From assembly GCA_965202585.1 (NCBI GenBank), contig OZ241827.1, forward strand, positions 18,972,001-19,036,000: DNA of 64,000 bases. Reading direction: 5' to 3'. Shown one piece after another: positions 22,138 through 35,696 of the stretch (position 1 is the first letter of the stretch; each line of letters begins with the position of its first letter). Made by a program: the position numbers and the translations under genes. Under the pieces are notes generated by a model. It saw only the letters and a list, made by a program, of their open reading frames with translations. It was not told where the DNA came from and did no database searches. The DNA is from Thalia democratica (lineage: Eukaryota).

Positions 22138-25100
22138 CAGTGGTCGGCAGGCAGTTGGTGGTCGCGGGCCAAATTTCAAGCTTACAAAGTCTTCGCGGGC
22201 CGCAGTTTTAGTTTTAGTGACGTTTGAATAATCTTTTCGTTTTAGTTTTAGTCACACTAGAGAAAAGTTTTAGCTATACATAATTTGACTATTTAAATTA
22301 AATTAAATAAAATTATAATAAAATTTACATTGACTAACATACTTAAGTGTTAATAAACTATGTACTTACATAAGCACTTACTAAGTTAAATTTAATACTT
22401 TTATAATTTTACATACAATTTAACTCTCTATAAAAACCAAACTTGAAAGACAATTTATTAGTTACTTTTATATATCTGTTATATTACCAACCCCTTTTTT
22501 CATATTTCTAAAAATATTAACTGCAAAAAAAAGTTTTTGCGTGTTAAATAGTTTACATTCAAAAAAAAATTTAGTAATTAGTTATTTAATAAAATTAATA
22601 CCTGTTTGTATTATAGAAAGCTAGAACAAATTTTTTAACATAATTAATTCAGAATACTTAAATAAAATATCTTATTAGTAACTAGTCTTTTACATGGTTG
22701 TCACTTAAAAAGCAAAAATGTCTGAGTTGTATCAAACCAGCCTAAGTTCATTAAAAGTTTAAAAAGCTAGTAAATCGTTGTAAATCAAGCTTAAGTACCT
22801 AGTAAAAATATCATCATCATTAAAAAGTACACAAAGTGTAAAAAACAAGAAAAAACTACAATTAGTAAACTACACTACAGTCATAAAAACTATTCTGGGA
22901 ATTCTAAGATTTATTTAAAGTGTTTGAAATAAAAGTTTCACACACATCTGAGTTTTCAAGCTTTTAAAATAGCCTGTTTGTGTAGCAACCCAGTTAAAAC
23001 AAAGTTCACAACATAAAGAAATAACGAAACTTATTAACAGTAAACAAATTACCTTCCAAAAAAAATATAATTCAGCTGGAATGGACAATTAACTTTCTTA
23101 AACATTTTTAACAAAAGTATAAAACTTAATTGAGTCATTAGCGAAGGGAAAAACCTCTTTTTTATTAAGCATTACAACAATTCTTTATCTGCAATAAAAA
23201 ATTAAAAATATTAGTTGTAAAATAAAAGACGAGCAACAAAAAAAAAACGTTAGTTAGGAGTTATTGCGAGAAACGATAAAAAAACAAATCACCAAAGTCA
23301 GTTCCAACAAAGCACATGATTATCTTCAGTAACTACAGAATTATCAAAAAAAAGTTGATAAGGCAAGTTATAAAGTAGCAAAATTTGTTATTAATAATAA
23401 GATACCGTTTATAATTGAAAACTTTTTTAAAGAATTTTTGTTGGCAGTAATGAAAAACTTTTGTTAATTTCTTCAATGACAACAAAAAGTCCTATTTAGG
23501 AAATGCATTGAGGTTATAAAGTCGCATAAATCAAATTATGACTTTAATCAATATGTTGAGATGAGAGCACTGATAGAAAAACTATTGCTCATCTGAGAAT
23601 TTTTATTAGAGATGTTTTTTTAACTTTTACACTTTAGTATGATTTCTTCATTTAGTGCAAACACGAAGCACAACAATCGGTGAAATTTTACAAGTAAAGG
23701 TGCAATGCACCAAAAGTTTTTAGAAGTACAATTCCTTCTTTTATTTTTAGTATAAAGTTTAATTAAAGTTTAAAAAGTGTCTTATAAAGTATATCAATAT
23801 TAAAAAAACACTGTTAAGCTACTTTAGTATATTTTTTAATAAAGAAATGTTTATTTGCTAAATTTTTTGTGTCAAATCGAAATTTCACTACTTTACATGT
23901 AAAAATTGTTTGAAACTCCAGACTTTTTCAAAAATTCTCAAATTCAAGTTTTTTTCCAAAATTTTTTAGCATAAATTTTCAAGTTCAAAGCTTGAACTTG
24001 ATATATTATAACATATATTATAACTGAAACTAACACTTTGGGTTGAGCAAAACTTACATCATTAGTTTAATTTGCAACTCTTTTAAGCAAAAAAGCCAGC
24101 CTGAATTAACAAAAACATTCCGGATATTTTGTATACAAAAAACAATTCTAGTCAAAAACTTATAAAATGATTTAGTTGGCCTGAGATTTGAAGTCTTCAA
24201 ATAGTGATAGTCTGAGAGTGTGTCAATGATTATAAACTATCCCTAAGTCTAGTTTATATTAAATAGGTAGCTCCAAAAAACAGAAAATGTGTGTATTGAT
24301 ATGCAAAGCATAAATGTTAACTTAGTTTGACAAAATCAATGTTTGAAAAATGAAAATGTATACCTAACAAAAACTATATTAGTTTATGTCATAAATATTG
24401 TTTTAATTGTGTCTGTACAAATTTAGATATTACATGTAGAAAAAACAAACTTAGAAAATTATGCATAAACTAAACTTAAACTAACTAAAGTATTTTATAA
24501 AAAGTGGTTTAAAATATGAGCATTTTTTTAAGTTTGTGTGCATATAAGTTAGTTTTTGTGCAAAGAAAACTTCTAAAAAATTAAAATGTGTCAAAACAAA
24601 ACTTAAATAAACCTTTTTTTTTTCTTATTACTATGTTATTTTAAATGTTTTTACACTAAAACATAAAATTTACAAATAAAAAATATATAAAAGAAACTTA
24701 GGTAAAAAAAATATTGGAAAGAATATATAAGCTATTAAAAAATGACACTTTATTTAATTACTGTGCATTGCTTTTGTACAAAATGGAAAACATTTGCATT
24801 TATTTATTTGATAAATAGGTATTATATAACTAACTTATTAAATTCAAGCACTCTTTTTTCAGATAACTACTTGCTGTTGTAAAAAAGAAGTTATTATGAA
24901 ACTCAGAAAAATATCCTGTTAGAATGCTAATCTGTCTTTTTCACATTTTTAAATTAAAGTAGTAACTTCTTCTAATTATTTTTAAATGTTTTACAGAGAC
25001 TTAAAACCAAACTAAACAAATTAAATCGAATTACCGAAAAAAAAATTACTTGAAATATATTTTTGCTCAGCGGGCCACTTTTACATGCTCGCGGGCCACA

Positions 25101-25212
25101 AAATTTTCTTTCGCGGGCCGCATTCCATTCAAAAAAATAACGTGCTCGCGGGCCGCAGATTTACCCTTCGCGGGCCGCAATTGGCCCGCGGGCCGCAGTT
25201 TGCCGACCTCTT
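22138..25212 (+). mobile_element. Non-autonomous hAT (Buster-type) element, copy 1, with decayed transposase N-terminus
   Basis: Left TIR cagtggtcggcag, right ...tttgccgacctct, subterminal gcgggcc arrays. Relic QLEWTINF...IKHY (~23073) and ASYKVAKFVINNKIPF...KEFLL (~23363). Colinear with 41864-45122. Confidence 0.88.
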
Positions 25213-28200
25213 TAGTCTAGAATCTAGACTAAAGACTTTTTTTTCAAAATTAGTGTTTGTTGAGTAGCATTTGAAAAGTCAAAGATTTAAAACGATAAAA
25301 ATAAAGTTTTAAGTAAAGTAAATTTTATTTCTGTTTCTAACATATCTTATATATAACATTGCTAGTTATTTGTTTTATGCTTGAACTGCTTATTACTACA
25401 GCTTTAACCTTTTCACAATAATTGTTTTAACTAAAAAAGCTAGTTGGAGTTATAGATGATAAAAAAATAAGAAAACTGAAAAAGAACTTTTTCATTGTCA
25501 AATACTATCAATTAAAGATAAAAATATTAGTTATTTATGATTAAATTAAAGTTTAGGTTATTTTTTTGGAAATAATGTTACAAAAGTTTTTATAAATCGC
25601 TAAAACAAGGCGTTCACAAGTATTTTGTTTTATAATTATTAAAAAGTTTATATAAAAAATAAATTTTCAATCGCTTTTTTACAACTACTTTTTACTTTGA
25701 ATACTTGTTAACTATAAGTAAATGTACTAAACAAACTTTTTTAAACAATCAGTAGTTGTAATGAAGCTTTATAATAAGAAAAAACCGAAATTAAAACAGT
25801 TTTTTTAGTACAAAAGTTAAACTTACAATCTCAAGTATAAGTTACATTATAAAGTAAATTATTAGTTAGTTTTCGTCGAAATAAAGTTTTTTTATTTAAT
25901 CAATTCAAATTCAAACTTTAACAATTGATATACTTTGAATACCTAAAAATGTTTAAAACAACTAAATCACAGTATAAAATTTTATTGTTTGAAAAAAAAC
26001 TCGTACAAGGAAAAGTATATTTGGTTAAAGTCTAAATACTTAAAAATTTTGTTAATAAGAAGTTACTATAAAGATATATAAAAAATTAATAATTAACAAA
26101 CTAAGTTAATGCATTTCTTTTTTACATGAACAAATATTTTTTTGAGTAATAAACTACAATATGATAGTTTAGATACATTAAAGATTATTCAGTTTCGAAG
26201 AAGTTAAATAATGAATGTTTAAAAAAAATTTAATATTAACATATTGGTAATATGAAATAGCTTTATAAAATCCATTTGAATAAAAAGGATTTCAATTTTT
26301 TAAGGTTAATATTTTCATATTTTTATCTCGCCGAAATGAGACGGTAATTATTTATGCTTGTGGATATTATTCATAAACAATTCAATTCTTTTTTACTTAG
26401 TTTTCGATTTTAATATAGTTTTTCTATTTTTAAGAAAATAACTCTTGAAAATTAAACACTACTGCATTATATAAATTAGTAAATATCTATATTATTTGAA
26501 CTTCTTTTCTTTTCAAAAGATAAACACTTTTAAGCTGGTTCTTAAAGTATTTTAAAGAACATAAAATTAATTTTGAAATTTTATATAAATTATAAATTTT
26601 TTTTGCAGGAAAGTTTTCTAAATAAAAAATTTATTTAAATTTACAATTAAGTTTTTGATAACTAACAGTTTAACCACTCATTCTCGACATAAATAATAAC
26701 AAAACTGCATAATGATTTATTAGTTATCAGGAGACACCTCAGCAAAAAATTGATCAAAATCCTTTCAATATTAAAAAGTTTGAAAATCAAAAAAAAAAAG
26801 TTTTTGAGCCTTAATTACGATTTTGTGTCCATAAAACAAAAAAAAAAGGAATACCAAGAGTCATATATAAATTTAATTAAAGATAAGTAAAATGCATTAC
26901 AGCTAAAACTTGCGAAAGCATGAAATGTTTTAATGGTGATGTTATCGAAATATTTCCTGCCGATAATTTAAAATATATTATACCTAATGAACTAACAGCT
27001 TATGTGTCTATATGTTCTACAAATAAATGGAACCTTAATAAAGCTCTTAAGAGTTAGCCTCGCAGAATATTGTAACATTAACATTAAATGCTTAATTGGT
27101 AAATTAAGTGTTAGTATAATGAATTTAATTTCTGAATTGAATAAGCAAATAGATAATCTGTTTTATAATGTTAAGAAGGAATTTATTTGTCAATATGATT
27201 TTGAGTTTTCTCAATCTCCCAAAACTAAATAGCCAACAAATCGATTTTTTTTTTAATTTTTACTATCTGTTTCAAATTTCTATCCAGTGGTCCCTACCAA
27301 AAGATCTAGTTTAAGCCAGCCTGCTGTTGTTTTGTCATTTAATAAAAAGCTAAAATTATTAAAAACTTTACATACGACCTAGAAAATCAATTATTCTTCC
27401 CAGTCTAATTAAAAAATAATAAACAATTTTTTTACTAGACAAGGCATCATTCGAGAAATTTTTACTGTTGCCAAACATGAAAAACAAAAAAAAAAACATT
27501 ATTAGGTATTATGATGTGCAGAGCGGAACGCAATGAAATCTCGCAATTAATAGAGGAGATAGTCAACATTTAGCTTTTTTAGTAAAAATAATAAGCTTTA
27601 AATGCAACTATGAAACAACCCTAAAAATACAACAAGAACTGTAAAATTTCAGGAAAAGACAACCAATTAAAACATGAAAATGTGTTTAAAATGAAAAAAA
27701 CGACCAAAAAATGCAGAATCAATATTTTGTACTAGCAAAAATCTTATTCAAGGTGAACGAACGAATAAATTGCTGTTTTCGAGGGCTTGCTATGAAGTTG
27801 ATACAAAATACACAACAAAAAATATTTGAGCCGAATGACGCTGGACTCGACAAGATTAGAGAACAATTCGAGTTAAAACTAGAAATATAAGTAAAACGAT
27901 GTACTACAAAATGCAAAAAAAAAAAACAGTCAGTCAAAATTTATTTGTCTCTAGAATATCTTACGTTATGGAGATGCACCTGTTATCAGAATCAACTGTT
28001 TCTCATTAAAACTGATCTGTAGAGTATTGAAAGTGATGAGTGCCATCTGATCAAACTGACGAAACGGGTCAACATTTCTTCACAACATAAAAACGTAAAC
28101 AGTTATACAAAAAATTTTAAGCTGCAATAAAGCCACCTTGTTTAAGGCAACGGTGATGTACTTTAATGGGAACAAAAAGACCTGTTTTGATGCGAAGATG

Positions 28201-28669
28201 AAACTAGTGGAGAACACGGCGGGCTTCATGAGACTCTCAGACCACATGAGAATATAAGGTCACAGCAAGAAAATGAAGGGACAACATCAACATGAATTTC
28301 TCAACGAACCGGGTCAAAAATTACAAAGGTCATCGTGATGAAGTAAGACAATTGATCTGAACAACTAAATTTATTTTAAATATAGCTTTAATGGCAGATT
28401 GAATACCTAGAGACACCTTATAAAGACATTGAGAACAGTTGTTTTCAAGTATTAAAGGTTATCAAAAAGATATTAAAAACGTTTTTACAAGCAATCTGTC
28501 GTGACCGAAAATTTTATCAAAATCAAAAACCAAGTTTTTCAGATATTTATATACTCAGTCGTATTCAAAATTGAAAAAAAAGAGTTTTACTTGCAATTTT
28601 AAACTGGTTGTTTTGTGTCGATCCCAAGCTAATCGTTTTATTTGAAAGAATTAATACACATAATATGTG

Positions 28670-29580
28670 AAGCTTGTGACGGTGCACCCGGGAAGGACCG
28701 TCAAAAGATGTGTGGAAATGTTGGAAGAAATATAATTGAACTGGACGATGAAACATAAATAATAAAGAAGAATAAAATAAATAGAAGAAGGATGTTCTTT
28801 AGTTACAAAGAATGTGATGAAAAAGACTTTCAGATTTCAAGAACTTGGTACGTCGGTTAAGTTCGTTTGCAATACCGAACACTTTACACGTAGTGATCTG
28901 TTCTGAGTAATAATATTAACTGACTACGTTATCAATAGTACTGATTGCATCTTTTGGAATTCTTTCCGCGATTTCCACTAGACTGGTTTTTTAGTGTCAA
29001 TCCCCAAAATCGAAGGACGTTAGTTTGAGTGTTTGATGAAAAAAAAAACGTTTTGAGTATCAATTCAAGTTTAGCACTTGAACTTTGTTACACAGCCTTG
29101 AAAAATACAAAGTTTCGTTGCAAATAAAAGCTGTAATAACCAGAATTGTTAACAATTTTTTTTATTAAAACTGTCTAAACACAGTTGACGTGAGTTTTAT
29201 GACGGTGGATCCGGGACAGGGCGCGTGTCAAAGAGAAGGAAGGAACATTGTTGAGCTGGAGTGGCTAAGATGAAGGAAAAGACCAAAACTTATGAGAGTA
29301 AAGCAAGAAGGAGGATGCTTTACCGGTTCAAATAAGAAATCAGCACAAATACTTTCTGGTTACCAAAACAGGGTACGTCCACGAGTTACGTTCTCAATTC
29401 TGACCGATGTTTCCGTACAAAGTGGACTGTTCTCAAAAAAATCAGAAAACATCATAAGCTGAATACGGTATCGATTGTAGTTCTAAGATTTCTTCTATCG
29501 GTATTTGCCGTCAAAATAGTCATTTAGTTCCAATCCCCAAAATCGAACGACGTTATAGTGAGGATTTGATCAGAAAAAAT
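28670..29580 (+). repeat. Diverged tandem duplication, period ~520 bp, family unknown
   Basis: Paired anchors tgacggtg..ccggga (~28677/~29200), ggtacgtc (~28847/~29372) and caatccccaaaatcgaa (~28998/~29531). Confidence 0.65.
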
Positions 29581-32319
29581 ATATTTTCTAATTATCGAAT
29601 AATGTACTACAAGGTAAAGAAAATCAACAGTCAGAAAATTCACTAAGACACTAAGAAAAACACTAAGATCTAAAAATTTTATAAATTGAGTATTGGAATG
29701 TTTGTAATATTTATTTAACAAGCAAACTTAAGTGAAATAAACTTAACAGACAATGATTCTTAAGGTTGAGTGAGGTAAGTATATGAGATGGTAAATGAAA
29801 AAATATTCTCAAAATTGTTTTTCTGCCAAATGATTCTTCAAATTCATCTCTACATTGCTTTACTGTTGAAAAGTCTGGTTTAAAAGAACCTGGCATTAAA
29901 GACAGCCATTTTGTTGTGCGAGAAGAAAGAATTAGTTTGAATTTATAAGTAAAATTTGAATTAACTATTATAGAAGTTAATGTGACTTTTTGAATATAGA
30001 GATGTTCAGTAAAATATCTTCTTAATATTCTTCGGACAAATAAAAATATTAAAAAGAACTGATAAATATTTATTTTGTAATAAGAAAAACATTTCTATTA
30101 GCAAATGCAGATGTATTATGAAAGGCTTTCTAGGTTTGAAATATTTGCTGTTAAAGGTGTGTTTAGCAAGTTTTTAGGTTTGTAATATAGAACATGAAAT
30201 AGTAAATTTCTATACTGCACAAACGAGATCATGTGAATGTTACTAGTTAGAAACAGTAGGTAATAACAAGATTTAACTTAAAAAAAGTTCATTACTCAGG
30301 TGGGCAAGCCATTTAGACTGAATCTTAAGATCAGAATCAATACATACAATAAGAAACAGGTCTTTTTTCTTCCCACTTAAAACCAAATACTGTTTTGTGA
30401 TGCAGTGAAATGACCAGCTATTGTAGTCAGCTGTTTAAAACCTTTGAAATTAATTTATAACAATTAATATTTGGAGATGTCTAGCAGACAGACAAAAGTA
30501 AAAATTGAATAATTGTTTAGCGATACGCTCTAAACTAATTGGCATTTAAGTGATATTTTTATTATATCAAAAATGAATTATCATAAATAAAAAGTTAATA
30601 AGCTTGATACATACTAAAGTAAAGTAGGTTTTATAGTGAAATTGAGGTTTTTATTAACAAATAAGTCTTAAAAAAGTTTAAATTATACGGTCAGGGAAAT
30701 ATAGGTTTAAAAAACTTTTTGCAACAACATTTGTGCTAAGAGAAAATGTGTAAAACTAAGTTAGTATCACAATTGTATCAACCTACTTGAAAACTTATAA
30801 CAAACTTGTTTATCTTTATTTTAAACTATTAAAATTTTTATAATAGACCTTTTAGGAATGCTTTTTTACATTTTTTGACTTTTTTTTGGTTCGAATAATA
30901 GTCTTTTAAATTTAAGTACTCAAGAACCATAAATTTAAAAGTTCTATAAATATTAATAGAGACCAGAGTTGCGTATTAATTTAAAAAAATATAAGGTTTA
31001 AATAATAACAATAAACGTTTGTGTCATGCTTAAGTACCGTTTTGCAATATCTTTAAATCGATAGAAGGTAATGATTATCTTATAAATAACAATTATATTT
31101 TTAGATTAAAAAAGCTTTGTTTATGCTAATAAAAACGTACTATTCTCATTAAATTAAAATGACAATTTGGGATTTGGTAAAGCTAGTACTTAGATTAACT
31201 TTTTTGTTTGATAAAACTTAATTCATTAACAACAAATAATCTAATTATAATTACTAATTATGCTTTTTATAAAATTAATATATAGTAGTAGTATCTTAAA
31301 AATATGTTCCTCGGTACTAAATAAGATATTGTACTTGACGTAAAGATATCACCTTACAGAATAAAACAATTTTTTATCATTTTACACTAGAAGACAGCTA
31401 ACATCAATTTATATTTAACTGAGATAACAACATTATCAGTTCACTTTAATAATTTGTTTTAATTAGTATTTTTAAACACTGTTGTAAATGTTAAGATCAT
31501 GTTTATTTTCTTAACTTTTACATTATTGAATTAATCAAGTTTTTTTGTTTTTTATCTAAATATTTTTAATTCGATAAAACTTGAAATTTAGTGCGTACAT
31601 TGAAAGTGTTATTTGCTTATACCTATGCGTATAAGTTATCGAATTTAACTATGTATTTATTAGTGAACATAAATTTGACTTTGGCAAATTAAATAAAACT
31701 AACAAATTATCGATAGTTTTTAACGATGTACAGTTTATACAAAGAATTTTTCGTGCTAAATTAAATAATTTTAAATTAGAATAACACAATCAACGTCTCA
31801 TAAAATTACAAAAATAAGTAAATACTTAATTATTATAAAAACATGAGATTAACTTTAAACTGCTCAATTACCATCAAATACTTTATACGAATTTAGGGTT
31901 GTCTTTTTAGTTGTGTAAAAGGATTTAAAACTTCAAAAAAAATCTGAAGTACTACGTCTATAGAAAACACAAGGATTTATATATGTTTTAGTCAAAAAAA
32001 CAAAGAAGCTTAACACAAATTGAAGAAATTAAAATTAAGCATGTTTCGGAACTTTTAATTTATTTTCAAAAATAAATCTGATTTTAATCATTACTCTTCT
32101 GGGTAAAATTATAATATGATTTTAAATACTTGTTAATTAAACACAACAAATATTATAATGCAAGTGCGAAGCTAGATTTCGCTTTATGATTAATTATCTG
32201 AAGTTTAGTTTGAATAATAGTTACAAGAATTTTGTATGGGGTATATCTATCAGTTGTAACTTCTACTGCTTCTAAAATAACCACATGTGACAGACTGTAA
32301 TTGTATTTTGTCAAAATAT

Positions 32320-32490
32320 GGTATCCATCAATTGCAAATACTTTGTTGCCTAAAGTAACTAATGAAAGACGAACTCTTGCCTCCACCATATCAGGAAAAT
32401 AATTTTATTTTTTATCGTGATAATCATGCACTTCGACTGATCTTAAATGATACATCTGATTTACTTTGCCACCTAAAACAATATTTTTAC
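32320..32490 (-). pseudogene. Kelch-repeat gene fragment
   Basis: KNIVLGGKVNQMYHLRSVEVHDYHDKK*NYFPDMVEARVRLSLVTLGNKVFAIDGY is a Kelch GG...SVE.YD....W...M...R pattern, with TAA at the conserved Trp. Confidence 0.75.
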
Positions 32491-32805
32491 CAAAAAATTA
32501 AAATTTTAATTAATTCAAAAATCTAGTATTATAACAATTTCTCGTGCAATAAGTTTGATATGCCATACTTTACAGTAATTGTAAAGTACCTTATTTCTTT
32601 TGTGCAAGTATTGTGGATTTTTTTATAAACACAAAATACTAAATAGTCGTATATACTACCGGAAATTTTTATAACGATTTAAATAAAAAAATACTCTTTT
32701 GATGCGTATTTGTAAATCCATAAAAAATAAGCAAACTAGTTGAAAGTTGTTAAATTAGAGAAAAATTTGCTAAAAACCCGATATTTACAGTTCTAGGTTA
32801 TTAGT

Positions 32806-33173
32806 GGTTACATGACAATTCAAATTCGGACAACTTAAATTCCGACAACTCAATTTATTAAAAAACAAATTATAAGACTATATCTTAATAAGTTTTACAA
32901 ATTTGAAAAAAAAATATGTAGATCTTATGAATATCTACAAGCCAATTTTTTTCTTTTTTGCAAAATCTTAATTATTTTATAACAAATATTAAATTTAAAA
33001 ACAATATATATGTTTTTAACTTTATTTAAGCCATATTATGTTTTGCCAAAAGAAAAAATGACTGGTAGGTATTAATAGGACCTACATAAGTACTTTTTAT
33101 ATTTGACAAATACAAACTACTTTTTTTAGTGTATTTATGGCAAAATTATCCGAATTTTAATAGTCGTGCACCT
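32806..33173 (+). mobile_element. MITE family B (MULE-like, ~28-bp TIR, 9-bp TSD)
   Basis: TIRs ggttacatgacaattcaaattcggacaa / rc ggtgcacgactattaaaattcggataa. Flanks gttattagt/cttattagt (8/9). Confidence 0.75.
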
Positions 33174-34796
33174 CTTATTAGTAAAATAAAGTCCTTTTCA
33201 AGATATGCGTAACTTAAACACGAATATGTTTCAACTAGGCAAGAGTCACAGCTAGTTTAAACTTTTGTTTAGGATTTTTAAAACTTAAGATGACTCGTTA
33301 GAATTTTTATTGCAAAGCTTTAGCAAATTTGGATTATATATACTTAATCTATGCTTAAATTTGATTTTTTTACTTTAATTTAAAACGTAGAGATTTTAAT
33401 TTGAGATACGAACAATCAGGCAAAAATATATGAGGCATTTCGATTTAAATTGTTTTTGATCTACTACAACTTGAAAAAAAATATTTATTACTAGAAAAAA
33501 CTTTTTGAAAGGGAACTTAATCTAAAGAAGACTCTAAAAATCTCAAGTTTACATAAAGCTTCAGTTAAATCATATATACTTTTTAGAAACTTAAGCAAAC
33601 TTTTAAATTTACTCCTTTTTTCTAACCTGTTCTAGTTTTAAATATTACTCGGATTAATGAAAACTTGTAATGTAAGATTCTTTGATTTTACTTGTTCTAT
33701 CTCATCAGCTAACATCATTTTATGAAAACCAGAAAAATTTACTTTTAACATTTAAGTTATTTTTATCATCAGATAGTTTTATTTTATATAAATTTGAATT
33801 TTTTTAAATTTAACTTTATTAAAAGCATTGTAGTAAAAAGACATAACGAAAAAAATTATTTAGTGTTTGTTTTAATCTTTAGTGTTTAATTACAAATCTT
33901 ATTTTAGTGTAATACTAATCCACGCTCAGTTTTAACAGTTTTAAAATTTTTTAGTTCCATTTCTGATGATAGATAAGCTTAGATTAACATAGGTTTTACT
34001 AAAAATCATACTTTTAATGTAGACCATCATACCATATAACATTTTAGAGTATATTACGCATTAGTTAAATATTTTCGTAAACTTAGAGCTGTTCAAAAAA
34101 ATAACTTAAAGATAGTCTTGTATGTTATGTTTATGCCTTAATATTGACTAAAAATTTCACGTATTATTGCTTCCATGTGTAAAAACATTTTTAGACATAC
34201 TAAGTATAGTTAGCAATTTTTAACTATCGATTTAATTGATCTCATTAGGTATTTGTGCCAAAAATATTTTATAGTCAAAGCTTTGAGCTTAACACATTCA
34301 GAAAAACAATGCGAAGCTCAAAAAGCTAGGGGTAATAACATTTGTAGTTGTGTCAAATATGTACAGACCAAAATAGCTAAGCATTTACCACGAAATAATC
34401 AAAAAAATGCATAAAATATCATATTGCTGCACACTAAACATTATTGCCCAAAATTATTAATTTCCAGACTAAACTTTCGATCTTTTATACGTCTTATTAT
34501 GTTTTATACTCAATACTAAAATAAGAAAATCATCAAGTTGTTTAATATATTTTATTAAAAAGATAACTTGTTCATTTGTATAGCCGAAATAAACAAAAAA
34601 TAAATTAAGTATCTTAAAATGCATAAAATTATTTATAGTTCGCAATAGTTTGTTTACAGCATATAAAAATGATATTATATATTTCTAAAGATTTAAAGTT
34701 AAAACGTTACTAATTTATATCAAGAAAGCTTCATTAGAAAACTTATTTTTTGGAAATCAAAAAATAATAAACAGTTTAATAATCTTCTCCATCAGA

Positions 34797-35696
34797 CTAG
34801 GGCTCGTCACCAACTGAATTGAGTCTTGTTTTCTGAAACCGATTTCGCATGTTTCGTGACGTCATATGAACTCTGTCGGGCGTGTAAGTAATTGGATCTC
34901 TAACATCTACTTCCCTGTGCCTGGCAGCTGCTTCCCTGTTTTGCCTTATCAGACTTCCTAGTCGTGCTCGTACTAATGCAATTTCTGCTTGGTTTTCCAA
35001 ATTTTCATTTGAATTGAGTCTTGTTCTCGGAAACCGATTTCGCATGTTTCGTGATGTCATTCGCATGTCGGGTATGTAAATGATTTGATGTCTGGCACCT
35101 GCTTCCCTTCGCCTGACATCTGCTTCCCTGTGTCCCCTTACCTGCATTCCTAGCTGTGCTAATATATTTACTGCTTGGGTATCCAAATTTCCATTTAAAA
35201 TATTTTCGCTCGATAACAAGTCGCTTGGTACCATTACTCTCTGTCTAATAACTTCGGTAGGTTGTGTTCGGACTCTATCGGGCGTATAGGTAATTGGATC
35301 TCTGACATCTGCTTCCCTGCGCCTCGCATCTGACTCCCTAAGTTCCCTTTGCAGAATTTCTGCTTGTGCTAATGCATTTTCTGCTTGGGTTACCATATTT
35401 TCATTCGAATTATCTCCGCTCGAAAAAGTTTCGATTGGTAATGGTATTCTCTGTCTAATGTCATCCAACAAATGCGACGGCATTGCTGTAGTAGGTGTAA
35501 CACTTACTGCGGTTGGTGGATTGACTATTATCCTATCCGGATCATTCAAAACAGGCACTGGCGGGTTGCTTTGCAATGGTGGTGCGTCTGCCTCTTGTAC
35601 ATTATTTTGTAGTTGACTGGTCGATCCACTTTGGCCTTCTGAAGATATAGCTCGTGCAGCTTCCGGTTGCTCGTTTGGGTTGGCGTTGTTACTCAT
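34797..35696 (-). CDS. 299-aa orphan protein with ~65-70-aa internal repeats; Arg/Pro/Asn-rich with only one Lys
   Basis: Long single-exon ORF, markedly GC-richer than its surroundings. Repeats (R/H)RE(A/V)DVRDPITYTPDRV and MTSRNMRNRFxxTRLNS. A TATA-like TATTTATAAA lies ~45 nt upstream. Confidence 0.75.
   Translation of the reverse strand: MSNNANPNEQPEAARAISSEGQSGSTSQLQNNVQEADAPPLQSNPPVPVLNDPDRIIVNPPTAVSVTPTTAMPSHLLDDIRQRIPLPIETFSSGDNSNENMVTQAENALAQAEILQRELRESDARRREADVRDPITYTPDRVRTQPTEVIRQRVMVPSDLLSSENILNGNLDTQAVNILAQLGMQVRGHREADVRRREAGARHQIIYIPDMRMTSRNMRNRFPRTRLNSNENLENQAEIALVRARLGSLIRQNREAAARHREVDVRDPITYTPDRVHMTSRNMRNRFQKTRLNSVGDEP

Noticed and set aside
25085-25267. 60-aa ORF with RGP repeats
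   Set aside because: It is a translation of hAT subterminal gcgggcc repeats.
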